Source: a bacterium
Lineage (GTDB): Bacteria > Patescibacteriota > Patescibacteriia > JAGPKW01
Reading direction: 5' to 3'
Assembly (NCBI GenBank): GCA_035417885.1
Contig: DAOLQA010000003.1
Coordinates: 1-30,591 of the forward strand
Length of the DNA: 30,591 nt
The notes under the pieces are model-generated. The model was not told where the DNA came from, made no database searches, and worked only from the letters and a program-made list of their open reading frames with translations. The stretch's first letter is position 1. Each line of letters opens with the position of its first letter. The position numbers were made by a program, and so were the translations under genes. Positions 1 to 8,470 of the stretch are shown one piece after another.

Positions 1-1208
1 CCATCACCTATCATATATATTGAATCTCTAACTTCAAAATTGCTATTTATAAACTCAGGCTTATTACCATATGTTTTTATTTCTGGATAATACATAATAG
101 TTTCTGGCCTTAATACACCAGGGACTATTGTATCTAATAATTTCATTGCTTTCCATATATCTCTCATTATTCTTGAAGGGACAGCTAGCGCTATATCTCC
201 TGGGGTACTAGATGATAGAGTTGGTTCGAAATCATATAAATCTTTATTGAATGTTTCTCTTTTGCTCCTTTTACCCATTCTAAAATCACCTACTCTTTGC
301 ATCATTGGCATTCCTCCAGAAAGTTGCATAGCTGCTTCTCCTAATATCTTGGCAAAATATAAACCGCTTACAACTGGATCTGTTAATTTTATTGTCTTTA
401 AAATAGCAAAATTAACTAAATTATTTGTTTGCCTGGCATCTGACAAAGCATGACCATTAACCGAATAATATGTTTCATACTTTTCTTGGACAACATAAGC
501 TGCACCAGAATTTGTGCAGAATGTTCTTACAGCATCTGGAAAATAAAACTTAGGATCATAATAATCTTTAACTATAGAATAATTTTCTAATTTAGTTTCT
601 ATCCTTATGCCAATATCTACTATATTATCAATATATCTAATATTTAACTTATCCATTAATTTCTGTAAAAATAATGTACCTTTCCTGCCAGGGGCTAAAA
701 TTAATTTATTATATCTAATACTATATTCTATATTATCTTTATCTCTAACCAAAATTGTCTTTTCTTCATCTGCTAGATTTATCATTTCATAACCTAATAA
801 TATTTCAACACCTGAATCTTTAAGCTTTTGGATTAACTCATTAATTAAATTAACAGCTCCGTCTGTACCAACATGAGCCTGATCAATGTCTAACAACTTT
901 ACACCTATTTTATCTGCTCTCCTATGATATTTTTCTAAATTTGTCTTATTTTGTATTTTTGGACGTAAATATCTCTTTACTATCTCTAGATATTTATATA
1001 CTTCATCTGGATCTTTCCAATAGTCTAACGAAAAACCTATTGGGTATGTATAATTTTGTTTACAGTCATTTCTTAATCCACCTGAACTTACAAACTCCTT
1101 ATCAATTAGTAATATTTTTTTATTTTTTAATTTATCTATTAATTGAAAAGCTGCTCCTAAACCTGCTGGACCAGAGCCAACTATTATTATGTCATATTTA
1201 CTATCCAT
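1..1208 (-). CDS. FAD-dependent oxidoreductase (COG2509-like), 3' end runs off the window; not in the ORF track
   Basis: Manual translation from ATG at 1208 is open to base 1: MDSKYDIIIVGSGPAGLGAA (GxGxxG Rossmann), SGGLRNDCKQN, HVGTDG, LAPGRKG, VRTFCTN, VNGH, YPEIK, ending in YMIGDG. Confidence 0.88.
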   Translation of the reverse strand, partial: MDSKYDIIIVGSGPAGLGAAFQLIDKLKNKKILLIDKEFVSSGGLRNDCKQNYTYPIGFSLDYWKDPDEVYKYLEIVKRYLRPKIQNKTNLEKYHRRADKIGVKLLDIDQAHVGTDGAVNLINELIQKLKDSGVEILLGYEMINLADEEKTILVRDKDNIEYSIRYNKLILAPGRKGTLFLQKLMDKLNIRYIDNIVDIGIRIETKLENYSIVKDYYDPKFYFPDAVRTFCTNSGAAYVVQEKYETYYSVNGHALSDARQTNNLVNFAILKTIKLTDPVVSGLYFAKILGEAAMQLSGGMPMMQRVGDFRMGKRSKRETFNKDLYDFEPTLSSSTPGDIALAVPSRIMRDIWKAMKLLDTIVPGVLRPETIMYYPEIKTYGNKPEFINSNFEVRDSIYMIGD

Positions 1209-1267
1209 TTAAAGATATTAATTATTAAACAAACATATTCTATCAAAAATACATAAAAAAAGAAATA

Positions 1268-1297
1268 AAAAAGATGAGATATGAGTCTCATCTTTTT
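1268..1297 (-). terminator. Intrinsic terminator after the pilin gene
   Basis: AAAAAGATGAGA-6 nt-TCTCATCTTTTT perfect 12-bp inverted repeat, T-rich tail on the minus strand, 11 bp past the stop. Confidence 0.75.
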
Positions 1298-1308
1298 GCT
1301 TATTATCT

Positions 1309-1875
1309 TTAAACAACAACAGTAAGTTGCTTTATAATAAAGTCTGTTATTGCATAAGCAGCAGCTATTATAACTATCCCTATTACACCATTTATCATCC
1401 ACTTTTGTGCCTTTTTTATCTGTTCCTGATTACCACCAGCAGTCATCCAACTAACACCAGCATATACAACTATTACTAAAGCTACTGTCCCACAAAGACC
1501 TAATACAACTTTTATTGCATTACCTATTATTTCTGGTACTGTTCTATTTGATAATCCAGATGTTTGCTGTATTGAGCTAGCACTTGCACCAGTAGGGCAT
1601 GTGCAGCTGCATCCACCATATGAAGTACCTCCATAATACACTCTTGTTCCAGAAACTATTGGCGTTGCATCATTAGGACACTTAACTGCAGAAGCTCCAG
1701 TCCCATTAAAAGCCGAGGTTACATCACTTGGACAAGCGCCAACAGCACCTGGTTTAGTAGTTGTATCACCACTACATCCAGTCGTAATAGAATCATAATT
1801 TGCAGCAGCTACAAAAGAGAATGATAATAGAAATAGACTAATTGAAAGTAATATTCCTTTTGTTGTTTTTTTCAT
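1309..1875 (-). CDS. VirB2/TrbC-like (T4SS_pilin-type) pilin with a Cys-rich N-terminal extension
   Basis: Signal peptide, then a 6-Cys region, then IIGNAIKVVLGLCGTVALVIVVYAGVSWMTAGGNQEQIKKAQKWMINGVIGIVII (two hydrophobic helices around the AGG..EQIKKA linker typical of CPR pilins). Confidence 0.8.
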   Translation of the reverse strand: MKKTTKGILLSISLFLLSFSFVAAANYDSITTGCSGDTTTKPGAVGACPSDVTSAFNGTGASAVKCPNDATPIVSGTRVYYGGTSYGGCSCTCPTGASASSIQQTSGLSNRTVPEIIGNAIKVVLGLCGTVALVIVVYAGVSWMTAGGNQEQIKKAQKWMINGVIGIVIIAAAYAITDFIIKQLTVVV

Positions 1876-1960
1876 AATATTAGTTATTAGTTTTTATTAA
1901 TTATTTATATTTATAATTATACATCTTTTTAAAAAGAAAATAAAATATCAAATTTATTAT

Positions 1961-2443
1961 TTATTGATTTTTCTTTTTTGAACCAGTAATTTTTGTTATT
2001 GCAAATATACCAACTCCTACAACTATTACACCAATAATAATTAATACAATAGAAACTGTATTATTTACTGCACTACTTCCAGTAGCTGTTGCTCCTGTTG
2101 TTAAGTCTGTATTAACCTCCCCAGTTGGCAATATATTATTTTCAGAGGTTACGCTAGGCGCTGTTTGGCTCTCTCCAGTTTTTTCCTGTGTTGTAGTTTG
2201 TTCTGTATTTGTAGCATCTACTATTTTTGTACATTTACATGCATCACCGTCTCCTTTCTCACATTTGCCACCATTAGAGCAGTTACATAAAGTTCCATCA
2301 CCTTCTCCTGGTCTTAAATCTACAGTACAGGCTCCACTACCAAATTTACATGTACCACACTCAGTTGCATTAGCTTTAAAGCTTAATAAAAAGCCAAACA
2401 ATAAAGCTAAAGAAAGAATTGAAACTTTAAAAACTTTTTTCAT
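1961..2443 (-). CDS. Secreted Cys-rich protein with Thr/Ser/Glu-rich stalk and C-terminal membrane anchor
   Basis: Signal peptide (AxA site), 8 Cys in about 45 aa, low-complexity linker, TM helix, basic tail SKKKNQ. Confidence 0.75.
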   Translation of the reverse strand: MKKVFKVSILSLALLFGFLLSFKANATECGTCKFGSGACTVDLRPGEGDGTLCNCSNGGKCEKGDGDACKCTKIVDATNTEQTTTQEKTGESQTAPSVTSENNILPTGEVNTDLTTGATATGSSAVNNTVSIVLIIIGVIVVGVGIFAITKITGSKKKNQ

Positions 2444-2494
2444 ATTTTTATTTTAGTTAATTAGAAAAAATTTAAGGTTAAATTTATATTAACT

Positions 2495-2505
2495 ATTATA
2501 TCACA
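2495..2505 (-). promoter_or_regulatory. Extended -10 promoter candidate
   Basis: Minus strand reads TGTGA-TATAAT about 50 bp upstream of the ATG at 2443. Confidence 0.5.
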
Positions 2506-2526
2506 ATTTTCTAAAAACAATAAAGT

Positions 2527-3405
2527 CTATATAAAATACTTGTATAATCTATTGATTTCAACTACATCTACATTAAAATTTTTTAATTCCTCCAAAATTA
2601 AATCCTTATATTCTTTTTCTTGCCGTATATATTTTTCTGAAAGATGATAAATGATTATTTTCCCTATATTTGCTTTATTATTTTTTATGGCTTTTGATAA
2701 ACTTTCTAAGTCTGTATGTGCTGCGTCTAGTTCTTTTTTCGTTAAAAATGTGCACTCGTGCATTAATATCTCAGTATCTTTCAACTTTTTAAAATCTATT
2801 GGCAAAGAATCACCACAATAAGTTATAAAAGTATAATCATTTATATTATATATATCTATATTATTATTTTTTAATTTATTTATAAATTCAGCCTTTGCTT
2901 TATTTGATGTCAATTTATCTATTTTATTTTTATACACACTTTTTAAACTTTTTCTATATTCTAACAATCTAAAACCACACGCTGTTAATCCTTTTTTATA
3001 ATATTTAGCGGTATGATCTACTTCAAAAGGTTCAACAAACTTTTTACCATCTATTTCTATTTTTTCATTAAAATTAAATGGGATAAAATCAAAGACATTT
3101 TTAATATCTAAACTCTTTAATGCAAATTCTATATTTTTAATTTCATATTCATTATTTCTATGATAAAAAACTTTAACCTTTCTATTATTTTTTCTTGTAA
3201 CTCTTGACAAAAAACATCCTATTCCAATTAATCCAATATAATGGTCTTTATGAAAATGGGATATAAAAATATATTTAATATCACTTGTATGTATCCCTAA
3301 TGTATAACAAGCTGATTCTCCGCAATCAAACATAACATTATACCTAGGGAAGTAAAACCAGGTTCCAAAAATAGCTTTAGATTGTCCTATTATATATGGA
3401 GTCAT
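2527..3405 (-). CDS. rnz: Short-form tRNase Z (MBL fold), Thermotoga (TM)-type
   Basis: IIGQSKAIFGTW, FDCGE, SHFHKDH (HxHxDH), basic arm YRKSLK, YCGDS, HECTF, AHTD, YHLSEKY; N-terminus resembles T. maritima tRNase Z as I recall it. Confidence 0.78.
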   Translation of the reverse strand: MTPYIIGQSKAIFGTWFYFPRYNVMFDCGESACYTLGIHTSDIKYIFISHFHKDHYIGLIGIGCFLSRVTRKNNRKVKVFYHRNNEYEIKNIEFALKSLDIKNVFDFIPFNFNEKIEIDGKKFVEPFEVDHTAKYYKKGLTACGFRLLEYRKSLKSVYKNKIDKLTSNKAKAEFINKLKNNNIDIYNINDYTFITYCGDSLPIDFKKLKDTEILMHECTFLTKKELDAAHTDLESLSKAIKNNKANIGKIIIYHLSEKYIRQEKEYKDLILEELKNFNVDVVEINRLYKYFI

Positions 3406-3410
3406 ATTTT

Positions 3411-4352
3411 TTATCTAAACCAACTCTTTACTCTATTAATATCATCTAGGTGACTTACTTCTTTATCCGGCGTTTCTAGTATTAAAGGTATTGTATTTTT
3501 TATGGCAAACTCTGCAATATGTTTTAGAGAACTATCACCAATTAAACCATAACCTATCGACTCGTGCCTATCAACTTTAGAATTTAAATCTTTTTTAGAA
3601 TCATTAAAATGAAAAAGCCCAATATTACTTATCCCTGCATGCTTATTAAAATATTCTATAAATTTATCAAATTCTTTCTCATCTTTTAGATTATAACCTG
3701 ATGAAAAAGCGTGAGCTGTATCAATACAAAATTTTATCTTTTTATTTTTACCTAAAATATCATAAATCTGAAATAGCTCTTCAAAATTACTTCCAATTTC
3801 TGTCCCTTGGCCTGCTGTATTTTCTAAAATGATATAAGGAGTTCCAATATTATTTATTTTATAAGAAATAGTCTCTATTACCTGTTTTATGTTCTTAATA
3901 ATATTATTTAGAGCAATTTCTTTGTTCAAATCTACATATTTTCCTATATGAACCACCACTCCATATCCACCCATTTTATATATAGAGTATAAATCATCTA
4001 CCAATGAATTTACTGCCCAATTTCCGACTTTATTAGTTACTGTTTTTATCTCTTCTTTTATGTTATTTATATTTGCTGAACTAATTTTTTGTTCATATAT
4101 TTCTTCCTTTTTATACTCTTGTATTTTTGCAAAATTTAATAAATATGAGCAATGCCCAACTAAAAAAATATTATTTCTTTTAATATATTCTTTTGTCTCT
4201 GCTGCTTCTTCGTCTGTAATATTACAGAATGATAAAAATTGTGGAGATTTTAAAAAAATTTGTAAGGCATTAGAATTATAACATTCAACAGTTTTTTTAA
4301 CTGCATTTAAAAATCCTGAACTAATAGACATATGTGCACCTATAATAAGCAT
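3411..4352 (-). CDS. nfo: Endonuclease IV (AP endonuclease)
   Basis: GAHMSI, QIF, GHCSYLLN, VVHIG, LENTAGQG, CIDTAH, FHFNDS, DRHE, ILET; the Zn ligands are conserved. Confidence 0.95.
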   Translation of the reverse strand: MLIIGAHMSISSGFLNAVKKTVECYNSNALQIFLKSPQFLSFCNITDEEAAETKEYIKRNNIFLVGHCSYLLNFAKIQEYKKEEIYEQKISSANINNIKEEIKTVTNKVGNWAVNSLVDDLYSIYKMGGYGVVVHIGKYVDLNKEIALNNIIKNIKQVIETISYKINNIGTPYIILENTAGQGTEIGSNFEELFQIYDILGKNKKIKFCIDTAHAFSSGYNLKDEKEFDKFIEYFNKHAGISNIGLFHFNDSKKDLNSKVDRHESIGYGLIGDSSLKHIAEFAIKNTIPLILETPDKEVSHLDDINRVKSWFR

Positions 4353-4413
4353 ACATTTATATTAATTATATCTATATTATCTTATTTTATACAAAAAATA
4401 AAGATTAAAAAAT

Positions 4414-4443
4414 AAAAAACAGGGTTTTTACACTCTGTTTTTT
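4414..4443 (-). terminator. Intrinsic terminator after rpsR
   Basis: Minus strand AAAAAACAGAGT-GTAAAA-ACCCTGTTTTTT (one mismatch), directly at the stop codon. Confidence 0.65.
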
Positions 4444-4672
4444 ATTTATGATTATTTGTAAATGGTATTAATGCCATTATCCTTGCTCTTTTTATCGCCT
4501 CACTAACTTTTCTTTGATGTTTCGTACATAAACCACTTTTACTTCTCTTTAATATCTTATGATGCATTGAAGTAAACTTTTGCATTAATTGTAAATCCTT
4601 ATAATCAATTTCATTTATATTATTTACACAACAATAGCAAGTTTCTTTTTCTTGTGGATTTGTTTTCTGCAT
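4442..4672 (-). CDS. rpsR: 30S ribosomal protein S18 (Zn-binding form)
   Basis: CYCC..IDYKD..L..F....KI..R..SGLCTKHQR.V..AIKRAR.MAL.PF. Confidence 0.97.
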   Translation of the reverse strand: MQKTNPQEKETCYCCVNNINEIDYKDLQLMQKFTSMHHKILKRSKSGLCTKHQRKVSEAIKRARIMALIPFTNNHK

Positions 4673-4689
4673 TTTTTAAAAGTTAATTA

Positions 4690-5145
4690 TTAAAATGGAA
4701 TATCTTCTATATTTATTTCCTCAGTATCAGCATCTACTATTGGTAATTCCTCTTCTGGGTTATTTATAGTAGTTTCTGAAGCTTCTGAATTATTATTCTG
4801 GTCTTGATATGATGATCCTTTTGTATCAAGCATAGAAATATTTTCTGCTATGACTTCTGTTTTATATTTCTTTACTCCATTTTGATCATCCCACGATCTT
4901 GTTTGCAATCTACCTTCTATAAATACTTTTTTACCTTTTTTTAAATACTGATTAGCAATATCAGCTAATTTGCCCCAAGCTACTATATTATGAAATTCTG
5001 CTTGTTCTTTTTTATTACCACTAGCATCCTTCCAAACTCTATTAGTTGCAACCGTAAACATTGATAATGACTGACCATTAACTAAAGTCCTACTTTCTGG
5101 ATCTTTAGTTAAATTGCCAATTAACATGACTTTATTTAAGTCCAT
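4690..5145 (-). CDS. ssb: Single-stranded DNA-binding protein
   Basis: [37 protein letters not shown], acidic tail ending IPF. Confidence 0.98.
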   Translation of the reverse strand: MDLNKVMLIGNLTKDPESRTLVNGQSLSMFTVATNRVWKDASGNKKEQAEFHNIVAWGKLADIANQYLKKGKKVFIEGRLQTRSWDDQNGVKKYKTEVIAENISMLDTKGSSYQDQNNNSEASETTINNPEEELPIVDADTEEINIEDIPF

Positions 5146-5162
5146 ATATTTATAATTAAAAA

Positions 5163-5666
5163 TTATTTATTTTTTAGGTCTTTTACGTCATCATCCATTA
5201 TTTCTTCTATCTTTTTATTTATTTCTTCTTGATTAATTTCTTTCTTTTCTGCTTTCTTTTTTTTCTCAATTTCTACTCTCGCTTCTTTTTTTATAGTAGA
5301 TGAAACTTCTTGCTCTTCCTGAGTTTTCTTACCGAACATTATTTTATACTTTTCCTCATCTAGATCTAATGTTGTTTTGACTATCTGAAATCTTAAAATA
5401 TTATCATTTAATTTTAAATTTAATTCTTTTGTAAGACCTAATAAATTCCTCCCATTTTCCATGTTAAAGTGAGTAGCTACATAATATCCATTATGAACAT
5501 GATTAATCTCATAAGCTAGCTTCCTTTTACCTAAAATTGATGTCTTAATTATCGAGCCTTTATATTTTTTAATTAAATCATCAATTTCTTGGGTAATTTT
5601 TATGTTTTCTTCATCAGTGTATTTTAATGGAATTATGTATAATAATTCATAGTGTGCATTGACCAT
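5163..5666 (-). CDS. rpsF: 30S ribosomal protein S6 with a charged C-terminal extension
   Basis: [28 protein letters not shown]; canonical rpsF-ssb-rpsR order. Confidence 0.95.
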   Translation of the reverse strand: MVNAHYELLYIIPLKYTDEENIKITQEIDDLIKKYKGSIIKTSILGKRKLAYEINHVHNGYYVATHFNMENGRNLLGLTKELNLKLNDNILRFQIVKTTLDLDEEKYKIMFGKKTQEEQEVSSTIKKEARVEIEKKKKAEKKEINQEEINKKIEEIMDDDVKDLKNK

Positions 5667-5768
5667 AAAATTTTTATATTATTAATTATTTATATTTTAC
5701 ACTATGATTTTTTAAATACTAATACATAATGTAAAATCCTATATTATTTTTTAAATTAATTTATTATT

Positions 5769-5795
5769 AAAAACTGGGTTTTTGATCCAGTTTTT
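5769..5795 (-). terminator. Probable terminator after rpsA
   Basis: AAAAACTGG-9 nt-CCAGTTTTT inverted repeat about 90 bp past the rpsA stop. Confidence 0.55.
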
Positions 5796-5884
5796 CAATA
5801 AAAAGTAATTGTGCATAACTATTTTTGAACAAAACTGGAATCATTTTAGATTCTTATTGCTTATTAACAATAAGATATGTTTTG

Positions 5885-7111
5885 TTATTTTTCTTTTTTA
5901 TCTATTTCTTTTTTAGGCTTTTCCACTTTCTTTTCTATTTCCTTTTCTTTGCTAGTATCAAGGCCTTTCTTTGTTTTCTTCTCATCTTCATATAAAGCTT
6001 TAATTGACAGTCCTAAACGATGATTTTTAGCATCTATAGACACTATCTTGAAATCATAAGTCTTACCAATTTCTACTACTTCATTAATATCTCTAACGAT
6101 ACCTTTTGATAGTTCTGATATATGCGCCAATCCATGTATTTCTTTATCTAACTCAACAAATGCTCCAAAAGGATTAGTTTTTAATATTTTACCTTTAACT
6201 TTTTGACCTACCTTATATTTTTCCTCAACATTTTTCCATGGATCTTTATCCAATTGCTTCATTGATAAAGATATTTTTGAATCATTAATATCTATAATTT
6301 TAGCAGTAACAATATCACCAACTTTTAAATATTCATTAGGATCATCTATTCTTTTCCATGCTATTTCAGATATATGTATTAAACCTTCAAGACCATCATC
6401 GAATTCTACAAATGCTCCGAAGCTTACTACGCCTGATATTTTTCCTTTTACTATATCTCCCACTTTATACTTTGATACTATTTTCTCTTGTTCTTCTTTT
6501 ACTGTCTCCTTTTCAGAGACTATCAATTTCTCTTCTTCTTCAACAGCATCTAATATCTCAACCTTCAATGTTTTGCCTATAAGCTCCTGCAATCTTTCTA
6601 ATATCTTTGTTTTAGATCCACCCTCAACTCTTGGATAATGCTCTGAAGAAAGCTGAGATACTGGAAGAAATCCCCTTACGCCACCAACTTTTACCATCAA
6701 TCCTCCTTTATTGGCTTCTGTAACAACTGCATCAACAACAGTCTTGTCTTTTGCATATTCTGCTAGTTTTTCCCATGCTTTTTTATGACCTGTTGCTCTA
6801 AAACTTAATTCAACTTGATTCTTCTCATTGTCTAAATCTATTACAGTAGCTGAAATTATATCTCCTGGCTTTATATCCTTCGTTTCGCCTGATTCATCTT
6901 GCAATTCATATCCTCTAACTACACCAACTGTTAGTCCATTTACATCAACTAAGACTTCTGAGTTAGACGCAGATATAACTTTGCCTTCTATTAGCTCACC
7001 GATTTTAGGCAATGTTTTTGTATTTTTAGATAATAATTTAGCAAATTCTTTATTAGTTTCATCCTCTTCTTGGAAAAGCTTGTTATAAAGTTTTTTAGTT
7101 TTTGTTGGCAT
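5885..7111 (-). CDS. rpsA: 30S ribosomal protein S1, four S1 domains plus a Lys/Glu tail (start likely 7111 rather than 7150)
   Basis: Four OB repeats (GELIEG, NKGGLMV..GFLPVSQL, FGAFV..GLIHISE, FGAFV..GLAHISE); the 13 extra residues from the 7150 ATG look like UTR. Confidence 0.93.
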   Translation of the reverse strand: MPTKTKKLYNKLFQEEDETNKEFAKLLSKNTKTLPKIGELIEGKVISASNSEVLVDVNGLTVGVVRGYELQDESGETKDIKPGDIISATVIDLDNEKNQVELSFRATGHKKAWEKLAEYAKDKTVVDAVVTEANKGGLMVKVGGVRGFLPVSQLSSEHYPRVEGGSKTKILERLQELIGKTLKVEILDAVEEEEKLIVSEKETVKEEQEKIVSKYKVGDIVKGKISGVVSFGAFVEFDDGLEGLIHISEIAWKRIDDPNEYLKVGDIVTAKIIDINDSKISLSMKQLDKDPWKNVEEKYKVGQKVKGKILKTNPFGAFVELDKEIHGLAHISELSKGIVRDINEVVEIGKTYDFKIVSIDAKNHRLGLSIKALYEDEKKTKKGLDTSKEKEIEKKVEKPKKEIDKKEK

Positions 7112-7260
7112 AATATATAAATAGATAGATATAAGCAAAAAGCCTATCATTAGTTAATTAGATAATAGTGTAGACCCAATCTACGCTTCTCAATATTATT
7201 AAGAATTTATTAATAATTAGTGAGAATTAATTTGATAACATTTATATCAAAATTTATAAT

Positions 7261-7289
7261 AGTGTATTTTATTTTCGAAAAAATGTCAA
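7261..7289 (-). promoter_or_regulatory. sigma70 promoter of rpsA
   Basis: Minus strand TTGACA-17 bp-TACACT. Confidence 0.7.
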
Positions 7290-7305
7290 ATTTTAGGATA
7301 TTTAT

Positions 7306-7734
7306 TTATTTTTCTGCTTTCTTTAGAATATTCTCTATGTCATTATAATCTTGTATGTATTGTTGTATATCTTCTGGCTTTATATTTTTTAATAATTCAT
7401 TATAATCTATATTTTCAGTATCACCATAACCATACTTAATGTTCTCTATGTATCCATAACTTTGTGCTTTATCTTTATTCTGTAATGTATTTTTTATATC
7501 TCTTGAACCATTATTTAAAATGTTATTTAGTTCATTTATACTATTTTTTATATTTTCTCTTACCTCAATTTCGCCCTTACTTGGATTTTTAGTAACTCTT
7601 ACACCCTTCAACCAATTAAAAAATACTATAATAATTGATATTATAATAATTAGTATAAAAGCCAAAATATTTTTTTTATTATCTCTATCATCATTATTTT
7701 TTTCTTGCTTGTCTTTATTACTAAAAAATTTCAT
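7306..7734 (-). CDS. Hypothetical single-pass membrane protein
   Basis: 142-aa ORF with one strongly hydrophobic helix (ILAFILIIIISIIIVFFNWL), 3 bp downstream of the previous gene. Confidence 0.65.
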   Translation of the reverse strand: MKFFSNKDKQEKNNDDRDNKKNILAFILIIIISIIIVFFNWLKGVRVTKNPSKGEIEVRENIKNSINELNNILNNGSRDIKNTLQNKDKAQSYGYIENIKYGYGDTENIDYNELLKNIKPEDIQQYIQDYNDIENILKKAEK

Positions 7735-7737
7735 AGA

Positions 7738-8331
7738 CTAGTTAGAAGTTAATAAATATAAAATTTGATTGTCTTCTTCTGATGGAAGATTCTTTTTATT
7801 AATTTTAAACTTATCATTTTCTTCAATATTTAAAAATGCAGCTTTGAATTCTTTTAAATTTCTATCATCTTTTATTGGATCATAATTAATAGGAATAACA
7901 ATTTTTGGTGATAGATTATCTTTTATTTCTACAGCCTTTTTAGCTGATAAAAAATTTTCTCCTATCGGAATTAATAATATGTCAATATTTCCTTCTATAA
8001 TATTCTCTATAGATTCTTCATTGTCTTCCAATAGCAAATCATCATTAATATTATCCAAATCTAAAATAGTGATATCTTCTATATTTAATTTATATATTTT
8101 CTTTTTCTCTTTATTTTTTTGTATTACAAAATTTTTATATATAAAATCATCTTTTATTTCATATTCCCCATAATTTGTAATAACAAAAGTGCTACTCATT
8201 TTATTAAAACTATCTACATTACTTGGATCTACAACAATATTACATTTCTCAACGTTTTTTGGATTTAATAATATTATATTATTCTCACTTATAATTTTTA
8301 AATCATTATTTTTATTCCAAATAATTTGCAT
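7738..8331 (-). CDS. Degenerate MBL-fold (COG2220-like) protein lacking metal ligands
   Basis: GEYEIK, IYKLNIEDITI, IDILLIPIG, AKKAVEI..LSPKIVIPINY match the family; the protein contains no His. Confidence 0.7.
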   Translation of the reverse strand: MQIIWNKNNDLKIISENNIILLNPKNVEKCNIVVDPSNVDSFNKMSSTFVITNYGEYEIKDDFIYKNFVIQKNKEKKKIYKLNIEDITILDLDNINDDLLLEDNEESIENIIEGNIDILLIPIGENFLSAKKAVEIKDNLSPKIVIPINYDPIKDDRNLKEFKAAFLNIEENDKFKINKKNLPSEEDNQILYLLTSN

Positions 8332-8364
8332 ATTTTATTCAATTAAATATTATTTTACATTAAA

Positions 8365-8393
8365 ATGATATCACCAAAATTATTGAAAGTCCA
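8365..8393 (-). promoter_or_regulatory. sigma70 promoter candidate for the MBL-fold gene
   Basis: Minus strand TGGACT-17 bp-TATCAT with a TGn extension. Confidence 0.5.
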
Positions 8394-8431
8394 TTTTATA
8401 TATATTCTGCCTTTTATTTTTACTTTTTATG

Positions 8432-8440
8432 TGCTAAAAT
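8432..8440 (+). promoter_or_regulatory. Extended -10 candidate for gyrA
   Basis: TG-C-TAAAAT 30 bp upstream of the ATG. Confidence 0.45.
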
Positions 8441-8470
8441 GCTTATTGACTTAATAAATAAATACTTTTT

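Noticed and set aside
247-1402. Short ORFs 247-453, 607-792, 941-1228 and 1187-1402
   Set aside because: Antisense or off-frame shadows of the real FAD oxidoreductase (1-1208) and the pilin 3' region; no motifs
2085-2135. Possible sortase LPxTG signal (ILPTGE, ATATG) in the Cys-rich anchored protein
   Set aside because: Neither matches LPxTG, LPTGE lies well upstream of the TM, and no sortase is seen in the window
5667-5760. S6:S18-binding leader RNA upstream of rpsF
   Set aside because: The region is almost pure A/T, with no CCG-containing stem or SD to pair with
8332-8470. Divergent intergenic region as a possible oriC
   Set aside because: No DnaA-box cluster; the only TTATNCACA match I noticed (about 2930) is inside a CDS; two ordinary promoters explain the region
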